In this document: in pieces, positions 1 through 8,481 of the stretch | How positions within the stretch are numbered: the first letter of the stretch is position 1 | Layout: each line of letters opens with the position of its first letter | Source: Candidatus Saccharimonadota bacterium | GTDB taxonomy: Bacteria; Patescibacteriota; Microgenomatia; UBA1406; GWC2-37-13 | Length of the DNA stretch: 32,000 nt | Reading direction: 5' to 3' | Assembly (NCBI GenBank): GCA_016432445.1 | Contig: CP066689.1 | Coordinates: forward strand, 1 to 32,000 | Position numbers and translations under genes: made by a program | Notes under the pieces: generated by a model | What the model saw: the letters and a program-made list of their open reading frames with translations, nothing else | The model's database searches: none | Told to the model about the DNA's origin: nothing

Positions 1-1
1 C

Positions 2-3000
2 AGTACTGGTCGGATGTGGTATCTGGGAAGCACTGGCGGCTCAGATAAAAAAATATACTTATACAATCACCTAGCCGATGATTTACTTCTTGGCACAAAT
101 GGAGCTACAAATGTCACCATCCAAAATGGCGGCAATGTCGGCATCGGGACGACGAGTCCGGGGGCACAGCTTCAAGTTACTTCCGGAGCTGCTGGCACTA
201 CGGGGCTAATTATCAGAGGAGCAGCCTCTCAAACAGGTAACTTTTTGGGTTTTCAAAGATCTAATGGAGATTCATATCTGACCAGTGAACCTAATTCAGG
301 CACAGATTATAGAATGAAAACCAAAATTTATAACACGGTAGGCGCAAATGCTGACTATGCAGTTCTGGCTTGGTCTTATTTAGTAACCGGCGCTTTTAGT
401 ATAGGAACATACGCGGATGGCGCCGGTACTGCCCAACCACTTGTATTGGGTGTAGGAGCACAGGCTATGAGGATTGCCTCTGGCAATAATATAGGTATTG
501 GAGCCGAGTTTTCTACAGATAATGTGCCGGGTGAGGCACTTACTATTAGGGACAGTGGCCGTAATTTTGCTATCAACATGAACAAAATCTATAGCGACCT
601 GACTGCTACGGCATCCTCAGGAGGCAGTTTGACAGCAAATACATATTACTTTGTGGTAGTTGCCGTGGACGGGGCAGGAGGAACTACTGCTAAAAATACT
701 GAAAGATCAGCCACAGTTGATGGAGCAACAACCGATAGGGTAGCACTTAGTTGGAATGCAGTACAAGGAGCGGTTTCCTACAGGATTTATAAAGGAACCG
801 CTGCTGGTGAGGAGGATAGATATCAAACTTCCACCACTAATTCCTATAATTATGACTCTGATACAGGAGCTACTCTTGGGACTCCCCCAGTTACTACTAC
901 AGCTTATGTAGCTAAAATAGCCAACAATGGCAACAACTCATGGTTTAATGGAGGGAATGTAGGCATTGGGACAGCCAACCCCCTCGGATCTTTACATGTT
1001 GGAACAACATCTTTCTTTGTCGCTACAAATGGTAATGTGGGGATTGGGACAACAAATCCAAGTCAAAAACTAGAAGTGGCTTATAACGGTGGTAGTAGCG
1101 GCGATTTTGTAAGGATAACTGCGGCAAGCAGTATTGTAAATAAAGCAGAAATAAGGGGATATAGCTCAGGAGGAACAGTCACTGCACCAACAATTACAGC
1201 TACAGATGATGAGCTAGTTAACTTAGCAGGATATGGGTACGATACAACCGGAGCAAGTGATTACAAATTTGGTGGAGCAATAGACATTAATAGAGATAGT
1301 GGCGTAGGAAACTCAGCTCGTATTCCAGGCTATATCAGATTTAGAACTTCACAATCAAACGATTCAACAATCTATGAAAGAATGAGAATAACCAGCACAG
1401 GCAATGTTGGCATTGGGACAACTAATCCAACTGTACCTTTACACATCCGTAGCTCTGTCGCTGAAGTTAGAGTTGATGATGGCGGCGGTGATGTGGGAGC
1501 TTTACAGATTTCCAGCGGTAATGTCCGCATGGGTACTATTAGCGGTCACCCCCTTTGGCTAATGACCAACAGCACTTCAAGAGGTTCGCTCAGCGCCAAT
1601 GGCGGGTTTGCCTGGGGTAATACCTTTGCGTCATATGATCCGGGATCAACGAATATGATTGTTCAAGGCAATGTCGGTATTGGTATATCCAGTCCAGGAC
1701 AACAAAAACTGGAAGTAGCAGGGAATATCCAGATTGCCGCCAGCGGTACCCTCACAGCCGGAGCTAATGATTTAAACCTTGGCGCCGCAAGTTCAACAGA
1801 AACTAAAACCCTACAGATGTTTTACCGGACGTGGAGAGGACCTGACGATCTTGCTCTTTACACCGGAAGTACAGCCGGAGATTTCCGTGTCTATACTAAA
1901 AATTCCGGAGGCACAGATACAGAAAGACTCTGGATTACTGATGGCGACACCTCTAATATTATTTTCAGTAACGGCAATGTGGGTATTGGTACCACTTCTC
2001 CATTCGGCATGCTTCAGGTTGGCTCAACTAGCTCACCTTATGCCCCTGCTTTTTTTGTCTCGATTGGCAGTAACGTCGGGATCGGGACAACTGGTCCAGA
2101 TGCAAAACTCCGCGTGAGCGGATCTCTTATTGTTGGTGATTTAGCTAATGGATCACGTCAAGCATTTGAAGTCAATAAAGACAACGGTACTGTTTCCATC
2201 GGAAGCGCAAGCCAAGATGGTGAGTTATCTATCCGAAATACTGCAGGAAATAGAAACACATATTTTGAGAGTGTAGAAACGGAAACATCGTGGATAAATG
2301 TACTAGGAAGCGGCAAATTGGGCGTCGGGACAACTGCACCGTCTTCTAAACTTCAGGTTGCTGGTAATGTATCTATCGGTTATGCCGGTTCAAACAGTCC
2401 CGCTCCATCCAACAGTCTGGCTGTGTCAGGCAGCATCGGCATCGGGACAACTAGCCCCAATACTGCAACCCGCAGTTATACCCTAAATGTTCAAGGTGAC
2501 ATGATTGCTCAAACTTTTTACGACCTTAATGATGAAAGATATGTTATCGATCCAGCCGGAACAAGCTATATAAACGATTTAACTATCTGGGGAAATAACA
2601 CGATAAAAGGTCTTCCTACCGGCAGTACCGGTACTAACTACTCACCTCTCGTTCTCATAGGCTCCGGCAGTACAGCTACCACCTCCGTTTGTATTGATAC
2701 CGGCGGCGGCAATTGTGACGGTAAACTTGATGCCGGGACTATTGATCCTCCCTACACTATCAATGGTAAAAAGTATGCCACTTACCTGTCCTCAATGATA
2801 GGAATAAAGGAAGAAACCACCGGCGCAATTCAAACTTCTCAGTATATTACTGATACTGGGTACCAGTATGTTGTTGATTTTAATGATCTGGTAGAAGGCT
2901 CAGATTTATGGCTTTTCTCAAAGACGACTAATCTTAAAAAAAATCTTGATAAATTAGTGGCTCTTTTGACTCCGTCAGACAATACCCGTACCTGGTACAA

Positions 3001-4987
3001 AATAGATAAAGAAAATCTAAGATTAACTATCTTTAGTTCCCGCCCGACCACTATCTCTTATCGTCTGACTGCCCCAAGATTTGATCATGAAATATGGACA
3101 AACAGCCGTGAAGACGGAGGAAGCGGATTTATTATTGATGATCCGGATGTAGTCAGTAATCTTGCCCTAAATAATGACGGCAACGTCAGCTCTGTTTCGT
3201 ATACAATTGAAAAATCTTCGACATCCGACATTCGATCTTCGAATATCGAAAATCTAACATCGAATATCTACTCTCTCAAAGATTCCTTCGGTAATCTTAT
3301 CACCGAGGCCGCCGCCTACTCCAAAGCCACTATTGCAAACCTAACAGCAGGGATTATCACAGCCGAGGAAGTTCGTAGTTCGTCGTTCGTGGTTCGTAGC
3401 ATGGAAGCCATAACATCGAATATCGAAAATCTAACATCGAAGATTTTAAGCGCTACTGACGCCACCATCGCCCGCCTTATCGTTCAGGAAAAAATTATCT
3501 CCCCAGTTGTGGAAACTAAAGACCTAACCGTAACCGAAACAGCCAATTTGAACGAGATCAAACCAGTAGATAAAGATATCACAATCAATCTAGATAGTTC
3601 TGGGTCATGGGTTATGGGTGATGGGTCAAATCAAAACCCAGAACTCACAACCCAAAACCCACAACCATCAGATTCTGGTCCTCTTGCAAAATTAATCATC
3701 AAAGGCTTGGAGGGTAAAACCGCCGCCTCAATTGACGCTGCCGGCAACGCCACATTCTCAGGCACATTAACAGCTGAGGAAGTTCGTAGTTCGTCGTTCG
3801 TAGTTCGTAGCATGGAAGCCATAACATCGAATATCGAAAATCTAAAATCGAAAGAAGCAACGATATCCGGTACGCTAACCGCTAAAGAAGTAAAGGCAGA
3901 AAACATTGATAATCTTGAATCAAATGTCCAAAATTTATCATCGACTATCGAAGATCGAACATCGAATATCGATCAGATGAGCAATGACATCAATGACATT
4001 CAAGCCACCCTCGCCAAGATCAAGAGTGAACCTCTTCCTGATGCCCAGTATTATCAAAACATTAACAATAGTTCTGAGTTATGGGTTATGAGTGATGGGT
4101 CAAGTGCAACTGAATCAGCCCAAATTAATTCTGAACTCATAACCCAAAACCCACAACCCATAACCGATCTCACCGTCACCGGTTCCTCCAACCTCTACGA
4201 TGCCACCATTACCAACACGGCTGTTATCGGCAGTCTGTTTATGAAAGATAACTCTATCTTGGCTCTTTCCAGCGAGCTCAAACTTTCCTCACTCTCAATC
4301 ATTAATCTTTTTGACGGCGCCGTGGTCATCGCCAAAGATGGAACAATAACAACCAAAGGCACGTTAGTTGCTGAAGGCGGAATAAAGACTAATGAGATTA
4401 AACCAATAAATGAAGGGGAGGATGTAAGTGTCATCCTGAAGACGAAGTCTGAAGGATCTCTCGCGAATGCGAGTAATGCTGAAACAAGTTCAGAGATTCT
4501 TCGCTCCGCTCAGAATGACAATGCTAAATTCCAAATTCAAAATGAATTGGGTGAAAATGTTGCTTCAATCGACGCCTCAGGCTCGGCAAAATTCAACAGT
4601 CTCTCACTTAACAAATATATGGAAGCTACATCATCTGCCGCCATAATCGCCGCTCCTGATAACTTTGATAAAAATGGACTTTACGCTCCAGCTATTGAAA
4701 CCACTGTTGAAACCGCCGGAGTCGGTATAGTTCCTCAAAACCAAACTGAGGTAGTTATATATAATAATACTATTAAAGAAGATTCCCTCATCTATCTCAC
4801 CCCAACATCGAATATCGAAAATCGAACATCGGCAAGCCTAACTATAACCAAAAAACAATCTTGCCCCAGTCAAGAATCTAAGATCGAAGATCTAACATCT
4901 AAGATCTCGTGTAAGCCATACTTTAAAGTCGCCATACCTTCTCCAACTGTAGCACCAGTTAACTTCAACTGGCTCATTATTAATTAA
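2..4987 (+). CDS. giant GNVGIGT-repeat surface/adhesin-like protein (tail-fibre-like), probably 5' partial
   Basis: Longest ORF in the window (track 14..4987). The frame is open from nt 2, and there is no N-terminal signal or TM segment, unlike the paralog at 5124, so the start probably lies upstream of the window. About ten G-N-V-G-I-G-T-T-x-P motifs and an FN3-like segment (ALSWNAVQGAVSYRIYKG). The C-terminal third is built from short repeat modules. Function is inferred from motif resemblance only. Confidence 0.8.
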   Translation, partial: STGRMWYLGSTGGSDKKIYLYNHLADDLLLGTNGATNVTIQNGGNVGIGTTSPGAQLQVTSGAAGTTGLIIRGAASQTGNFLGFQRSNGDSYLTSEPNSGTDYRMKTKIYNTVGANADYAVLAWSYLVTGAFSIGTYADGAGTAQPLVLGVGAQAMRIASGNNIGIGAEFSTDNVPGEALTIRDSGRNFAINMNKIYSDLTATASSGGSLTANTYYFVVVAVDGAGGTTAKNTERSATVDGATTDRVALSWNAVQGAVSYRIYKGTAAGEEDRYQTSTTNSYNYDSDTGATLGTPPVTTTAYVAKIANNGNNSWFNGGNVGIGTANPLGSLHVGTTSFFVATNGNVGIGTTNPSQKLEVAYNGGSSGDFVRITAASSIVNKAEIRGYSSGGTVTAPTITATDDELVNLAGYGYDTTGASDYKFGGAIDINRDSGVGNSARIPGYIRFRTSQSNDSTIYERMRITSTGNVGIGTTNPTVPLHIRSSVAEVRVDDGGGDVGALQISSGNVRMGTISGHPLWLMTNSTSRGSLSANGGFAWGNTFASYDPGSTNMIVQGNVGIGISSPGQQKLEVAGNIQIAASGTLTAGANDLNLGAASSTETKTLQMFYRTWRGPDDLALYTGSTAGDFRVYTKNSGGTDTERLWITDGDTSNIIFSNGNVGIGTTSPFGMLQVGSTSSPYAPAFFVSIGSNVGIGTTGPDAKLRVSGSLIVGDLANGSRQAFEVNKDNGTVSIGSASQDGELSIRNTAGNRNTYFESVETETSWINVLGSGKLGVGTTAPSSKLQVAGNVSIGYAGSNSPAPSNSLAVSGSIGIGTTSPNTATRSYTLNVQGDMIAQTFYDLNDERYVIDPAGTSYINDLTIWGNNTIKGLPTGSTGTNYSPLVLIGSGSTATTSVCIDTGGGNCDGKLDAGTIDPPYTINGKKYATYLSSMIGIKEETTGAIQTSQYITDTGYQYVVDFNDLVEGSDLWLFSKTTNLKKNLDKLVALLTPSDNTRTWYKIDKENLRLTIFSSRPTTISYRLTAPRFDHEIWTNSREDGGSGFIIDDPDVVSNLALNNDGNVSSVSYTIEKSSTSDIRSSNIENLTSNIYSLKDSFGNLITEAAAYSKATIANLTAGIITAEEVRSSSFVVRSMEAITSNIENLTSKILSATDATIARLIVQEKIISPVVETKDLTVTETANLNEIKPVDKDITINLDSSGSWVMGDGSNQNPELTTQNPQPSDSGPLAKLIIKGLEGKTAASIDAAGNATFSGTLTAEEVRSSSFVVRSMEAITSNIENLKSKEATISGTLTAKEVKAENIDNLESNVQNLSSTIEDRTSNIDQMSNDINDIQATLAKIKSEPLPDAQYYQNINNSSELWVMSDGSSATESAQINSELITQNPQPITDLTVTGSSNLYDATITNTAVIGSLFMKDNSILALSSELKLSSLSIINLFDGAVVIAKDGTITTKGTLVAEGGIKTNEIKPINEGEDVSVILKTKSEGSLANASNAETSSEILRSAQNDNAKFQIQNELGENVASIDASGSAKFNSLSLNKYMEATSSAAIIAAPDNFDKNGLYAPAIETTVETAGVGIVPQNQTEVVIYNNTIKEDSLIYLTPTSNIENRTSASLTITKKQSCPSQESKIEDLTSKISCKPYFKVAIPSPTVAPVNFNWLIIN
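3214..3271 (+). repeat. heptamer array family D (ATCGAAN / ATCTTCG units), in-frame
   Basis: atcttcg acatccg acattcg atcttcg aatatcg aaaatct aacatcg aatatct, encoding SSTSDIRSSNIENLTSNIY. Confidence 0.85.
3359..3441 (+). repeat. 83-nt duplicated module, copy 1 (family F GTTCGTN array plus family D array)
   Basis: gaagttcgtagttcgtcgttcgtggttcgtagcatggaagccataacatcgaatatcgaaaatctaacatcgaa. Differs at 3 of 83 positions from 3770..3852. Encodes TAEEVRSSSFVVRSMEAITSNIENLTSK. Confidence 0.9.
3597..3666 (+). repeat. family E inverted heptamer array (GGGTNAT units then AACCCAN units), in-frame
   Basis: gttctgggtcatgggttatgggtgatgggtc ... aaaacccagaactcacaacccaaaacccacaacc, encoding SGSWVMGDGSNQNPELTTQNPQP. 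Confidence 0.8.
3770..3852 (+). repeat. 83-nt duplicated module, copy 2
   Basis: Direct repeat of 3359..3441 at an offset of 411 nt, with 3 mismatches. Confidence 0.9.
3941..3975 (+). repeat. heptamer array family D, in-frame
   Basis: Five units: tcgacta tcgaaga tcgaaca tcgaata tcgatca, encoding STIEDRTSNIDQ. Confidence 0.85.
4071..4165 (+). repeat. family E inverted heptamer array, in-frame
   Basis: gttctgagttatgggttatgagtgatgggtc ... tctgaactcataacccaaaacccacaacccataacc. The right arm is nearly identical to intergenic 13282..13310. Confidence 0.85.
4430..4519 (+). repeat. 90-nt palindromic element with GTCATCCTGA...TCAGAATGAC termini, in-frame (30 codons)
   Basis: Terminal inverted repeats gtcatcctgaagacgaag / cttcgctccgctcagaatgac, with internal hairpins ctcgc-gaat-gcgag and ctgaa-acaag-ttcag. 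Encodes VILKTKSEGSLANASNAETSSEILRSAQND. Confidence 0.8.
4807..4831 (+). repeat. heptamer array family D, in-frame
   Basis: atcgaat atcgaaa atcgaac atcg, encoding TSNIENRTS. Confidence 0.8.
4876..4909 (+). repeat. heptamer array family C (ATCTAAG units), in-frame
   Basis: atctaag atcgaag atctaac atctaag atctcg, encoding SKIEDLTSKIS. Confidence 0.8.
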
Positions 4988-5078
4988 ATAAATCCAAATT
5001 ACAAATTTCAAATGTCAAATCAAATCTAAAATCTAAATGAAATGATTTGAAATTTGACATTTGGATTTTTGACATTTT
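4988..5078. repeat. family A heptamer hairpin array (AAATGTC/AAATCCA versus TTTGACA/TGGATTT), likely terminator of the upstream gene
   Basis: aaatccaaattacaaatttcaaatgtcaaatc ... gatttgaaatttgacatttggattttt. Inverted arms followed by a T-run, directly after the stop at 4987. Confidence 0.75.
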
Positions 5079-5083
5079 AACTC

Positions 5084-5112
5084 TTGACATCTCTCTTTTT
5101 TTTCCTTACATT
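5084..5112 (+). promoter_or_regulatory. sigma70-like promoter for the 5124 gene
   Basis: TTGACA (5084-5089), a 17-nt spacer, then TACATT (5107-5112). The ATG is 11 nt downstream with no Shine-Dalgarno between them. Confidence 0.45.
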
Positions 5113-5123
5113 GTAATTAGTTC

Positions 5124-7898
5124 ATGAAAAAAACTACTCCTAAAAACCGCCATGTTCTTTTTATTGTCTTTTCTATTATCTTTATCGCTTCTACTTTTTA
5201 TCTTAACAGCAACAATGTAAAGCCTTACGTTAAAAGTATTGTCCCGAATCTAACCGAAGGTATCATACCTGATGCCTACGGAATAGGCGGATCATTAAAC
5301 ATCACCCAAACCGCAGGCACCTTTAACCCTACAACGCTCTCAGCCACCGGAAATATCACTACTTCAGGAGGCAACGTCGGCATCGGGACGGCCAACCCCC
5401 TCGGATCTTTACATGTTGGCAGCAGTGCCTTATTTGTCTCATCAACCAATGGCAATGTCGGGATCGGCACCACTGCTCCTGGAGCTTCGCTTCATATAAA
5501 TAATAGCGGTGGAATGTGGGTAGGCGCCTCAAGTAAACGCGTCTCAATTTTTACAAGTGGAGCAGGAGAAGATATTTCCTCTTCTAATACCTTGCACCTA
5601 AATTATAATAATGATAAAAGTGTTTCCATTGGCGAAGGTGGGACAAGTAATTTATATACCTCTGGCAACGTCGGCATCGGGACAGCTAATCCTGGGGCAA
5701 AGCTAGAATTAGGAAGTGGACAAATATTTGTTCCTACAGGTTCATCTACAGCGCCTAGTTATTCCTTCACTGGCGACTCTAATACTGGTATTTTTAGCCC
5801 AACAGGCGGAGGTGTTTCAATTGCCAGTGATGGCACAGAAACCTTTAGATTCCACAATGACGCTCTTAATTTGAAAGTTACTCAGGGTATAAGCTGGGTA
5901 GATTTACCAAGCGGCGGCGGGTATCTCTCATTAGTTTGGGGCGGTAATTATATTTTAGACCAAAGAGCTTCAACTAATGCTAACGCCTATAGAATATATA
6001 ACACTTATACGGATGGTTCAAATTATGAACGGGCGGAATTAAATTGGCAAGCCAACTCCAATGTTTTTACTATCCAAACCGCAGCAGGAGGCACAGGCAC
6101 AGTCAGGAATATTGCTTTAATGGGTGGCAATGTTGGCATCGGGACAACCTCTCCGACAACAATTTTAGGACAAAGTGGCAGCACTATGAATGCGAAAGCG
6201 ATGATTTCCGGTCCTGGAGGAGTGAGCACGCCAATTTTACAATTAACCGAAAATTCTGCTTATTCTTCCGGAACAGATAAATCGGCAGGAATATATTTTG
6301 GAGCAATGGATTCTGCAAGCAGTGTGCAAGCCTCATCCTCAATATTAGGTATTTCAAACTTTACAGCTTCTCAAGCTGGGACAGGCGCTATTGCTTTTAG
6401 AACTAAAGGTACTCATAATATTGATGACACAGATGTTGAGAGAATGAGAATTACAAGTACCGGCAATCTTGGCATTGGCACCACTAATCCGGGCGCAAAA
6501 CTTGAACTCACATATAATCCTGCTGCCGCAGCAATGATCGGCTTGGGAATTGGTGCCAGCGCTGGCGGATCAACTACAGGCAACGCCACCATCAATTTAC
6601 AAGCTGATGTTGCTAACGCAGATATTTCCATGGCCAGAAGCGGTCTTACTCATTTTGGAAACAACTTAATTCTAAGAAACAACGGAACTTCTACAAATGC
6701 TGGGATTACTTTTCAAACTAACGGTTCAAACGGACGGATGACCATCACAAATAGCGGCAACGTCGGCATCGGCACCACTAATCCTTATGCATCAGTTTAC
6801 GTTGCCAACTCTGGTTTAACAAAGGGTTACGGCTTAGAGTACGGTATGATTCTTAGCAGCGCCGATGATAGAGGAATTCAACTAAGAAGTAATTATGATC
6901 CTCGCGATGATGGCCTCGTAGACTCAAGTTATGGTTCATGGGTAATAGGTATGCTTGGAAGAATGGGCACGGGATCAACAACCCCAATGTTAGGTTTTTG
7001 GTGGTCACCTCCCAATACTGAACCCGTTGCGAACGGCGCTAAATATTATTTTAAAAGCGATGGCAATGGCCAAGCCGCTAGTTCATGGACAAGCGGTTTA
7101 GGTGACTTGGCAGAAATTTATAAAGTCACCGGATCATACGAAAAAGGAGACTTGGTCGTATCTGATAAATCAACTCCTAATGCTATGATAAAAAGCGCTG
7201 GCAAGCCTTATGATCCAGACATCATGGGTATCATCTCTGCTGCTCCCGGTTTAGTCATCGGAGCTGGCAATTTAGATGATCCAAACCAAGGAGAACCGAT
7301 TGCCCTTACCGGAAAAGTATCAACTAAAGCTTCTTTGGAAAACGGAGCCATTAATATCGGTGATCCTCTTACTTCTTCTTCAACTCCCGGTACAGTCATG
7401 AAAGCCACAAAATATGGGAAAATTATAGGAAGAGCTTTGGAGTTTTTTGACGGCAGTGTTAAGGTAAGTAAAGGTACAATTGATATTTTAAACCAAAAAG
7501 CTAAGGCAGAGGATAAACCCAAAATTCCTTATGAGGAAACAAAAGCTCCCAACACGTATAATCATGGAAAAATTTTGGTTTTCGTTGATGTTTCCTTGTA
7601 TGACCCTGATCTCTACCTTACCTCAACCGGAGACCTTAAACTCTTAAGCTCTAATCCCTCTAATCCTTCTTCTTCCTCCTACTCCCTCTCTGACAAAAAC
7701 GGTATTATTGACCGGATAGGAGCGTTTGCTCAAATCGTCGTCGCTAAACTCCAGGCCGGCATTATAGAAACAAAAAAACTGATTGTCAGTGGAGTTGATA
7801 TACTGGAAAAACTCAATGATTTGTCCAAAAAAGTTGATCAACAGCAAAAAGAAATCCAGATTTTAAAACAAGAAATTAACTCTCTCAAAGCAAACTAA
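5124..7898 (+). CDS. GNVGIGT-repeat surface protein, paralog of the upstream giant gene
   Basis: 924-aa ORF with an N-terminal signal-anchor (VLFIVFSIIFIASTFYL) and six GNVGIGT motifs. Shares the blocks GGNVGIGTANPLGSLHVG (29 nt identical at DNA level) and ERMRITSTGN(V/L)GIGTTNP with gene 1. Coiled-coil-like C-terminus (QQQKEIQILKQEINSLK). Confidence 0.85.
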   Translation: MKKTTPKNRHVLFIVFSIIFIASTFYLNSNNVKPYVKSIVPNLTEGIIPDAYGIGGSLNITQTAGTFNPTTLSATGNITTSGGNVGIGTANPLGSLHVGSSALFVSSTNGNVGIGTTAPGASLHINNSGGMWVGASSKRVSIFTSGAGEDISSSNTLHLNYNNDKSVSIGEGGTSNLYTSGNVGIGTANPGAKLELGSGQIFVPTGSSTAPSYSFTGDSNTGIFSPTGGGVSIASDGTETFRFHNDALNLKVTQGISWVDLPSGGGYLSLVWGGNYILDQRASTNANAYRIYNTYTDGSNYERAELNWQANSNVFTIQTAAGGTGTVRNIALMGGNVGIGTTSPTTILGQSGSTMNAKAMISGPGGVSTPILQLTENSAYSSGTDKSAGIYFGAMDSASSVQASSSILGISNFTASQAGTGAIAFRTKGTHNIDDTDVERMRITSTGNLGIGTTNPGAKLELTYNPAAAAMIGLGIGASAGGSTTGNATINLQADVANADISMARSGLTHFGNNLILRNNGTSTNAGITFQTNGSNGRMTITNSGNVGIGTTNPYASVYVANSGLTKGYGLEYGMILSSADDRGIQLRSNYDPRDDGLVDSSYGSWVIGMLGRMGTGSTTPMLGFWWSPPNTEPVANGAKYYFKSDGNGQAASSWTSGLGDLAEIYKVTGSYEKGDLVVSDKSTPNAMIKSAGKPYDPDIMGIISAAPGLVIGAGNLDDPNQGEPIALTGKVSTKASLENGAINIGDPLTSSSTPGTVMKATKYGKIIGRALEFFDGSVKVSKGTIDILNQKAKAEDKPKIPYEETKAPNTYNHGKILVFVDVSLYDPDLYLTSTGDLKLLSSNPSNPSSSSYSLSDKNGIIDRIGAFAQIVVAKLQAGIIETKKLIVSGVDILEKLNDLSKKVDQQQKEIQILKQEINSLKAN

Positions 7899-7915
7899 TA
7901 ATTGACAATACGTCT

Positions 7916-8407
7916 GTGAAAAAGATTAAAAGGCATAAAAATTATAAAATGCATCATAAATCTAAAAACATGTCTAAAAAAACTATCGTTGTTTGGACAA
8001 TTGTAGCAGTTCTGGCTTTAGCAGTAATTTATACTTTTAATAATTCTTTTTTTTCACTTAAGAAATCTGTATCTCTCTCTCCCAATATTCTCTATGTTAC
8101 TCAACCAGTTAACTCAATTTCCGGAAAACTTGAGAAAATTGAAAAAGACAATATCATAATAAGCCGACAGATTGACTCAACTGCGTCAATACCAGGAAAA
8201 ACAATAAGCTATAAGGTATTAACTACCGATAAAACAATTTTTATTAGACTGTCTGCCCCTAATATTAAATCTATCACCCTTAAAGAACTTACATTGGGAA
8301 AAACTGTAGATGTTGTTTCAAAAGTTGATCTTCGTATTTTAAAAGATAATCAGTTTGAAGCTTTATCTATATCTGAAATACCGGAAAAAAATTACATTCT
8401 GTATTAA
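7916..8407 (+). CDS. hypothetical membrane-anchored protein
   Basis: ORF with one TM segment (TIVVWTIVAVLALAVIY). The start is uncertain: GTG at 7916, or ATG at 7949 or 7970. No recognisable motifs. Confidence 0.55.
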   Translation: MKKIKRHKNYKMHHKSKNMSKKTIVVWTIVAVLALAVIYTFNNSFFSLKKSVSLSPNILYVTQPVNSISGKLEKIEKDNIIISRQIDSTASIPGKTISYKVLTTDKTIFIRLSAPNIKSITLKELTLGKTVDVVSKVDLRILKDNQFEALSISEIPEKNYILY

Positions 8408-8441
8408 TTATCTCTCCCCTTTTTAATAAATTATTATATAA

Positions 8442-8477
8442 CCGTTATAATTGTTATAATCGTTATAACTGTTATAA
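8442..8477 (+). repeat. four tandem 9-bp units NNGTTATAA directly upstream of the pilin-like gene
   Basis: ccgttataa ttgttataa tcgttataa ctgttataa, then actt ATG. The junctions create two exact TATAAT hexamers. Confidence 0.85.
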
Positions 8478-8481
8478 ACTT

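Noticed and set aside
3359-3852. The 83-nt near-identical duplication in the giant surface gene, as a possible diversity-generating retroelement (template/variable repeat pair).
   Set aside because: No reverse transcriptase gene is in the window. Both copies are in the same CDS, and the three mismatches (c/t, g/a, c/a) are not adenine-specific.
3214-4909. Regularly spaced short repeats that might be taken for a CRISPR array (also in the spacer arrays such as 16544-16613).
   Set aside because: The units are 7 nt and directly abutting, with no 25-40 nt repeats separated by unique spacers. They lie inside an intact ORF or form inverted arms, and the window has no cas genes.
376-7847. Short ORFs on the opposite strand or in other frames inside the two giant genes (376..585, 1779..2117, 2839..3051, 3631..3906, 4195..4434, 5276..5473, 5359..5547, 6023..6229, 6044..6280, 6413..6631, 7208..7522, 7644..7847).
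   Set aside because: They are shadow ORFs entirely nested in long, motif-supported CDS, with low-complexity or Pro/Ala-rich translations typical of antisense frames.
2-7898. Tail-fibre-like repeat proteins as evidence for a prophage.
   Set aside because: No capsid, portal, terminase, tail tube, integrase or lysis genes flank them. The genes are followed by a pilin-like gene and housekeeping genes. Cellular surface proteins are the simpler reading.
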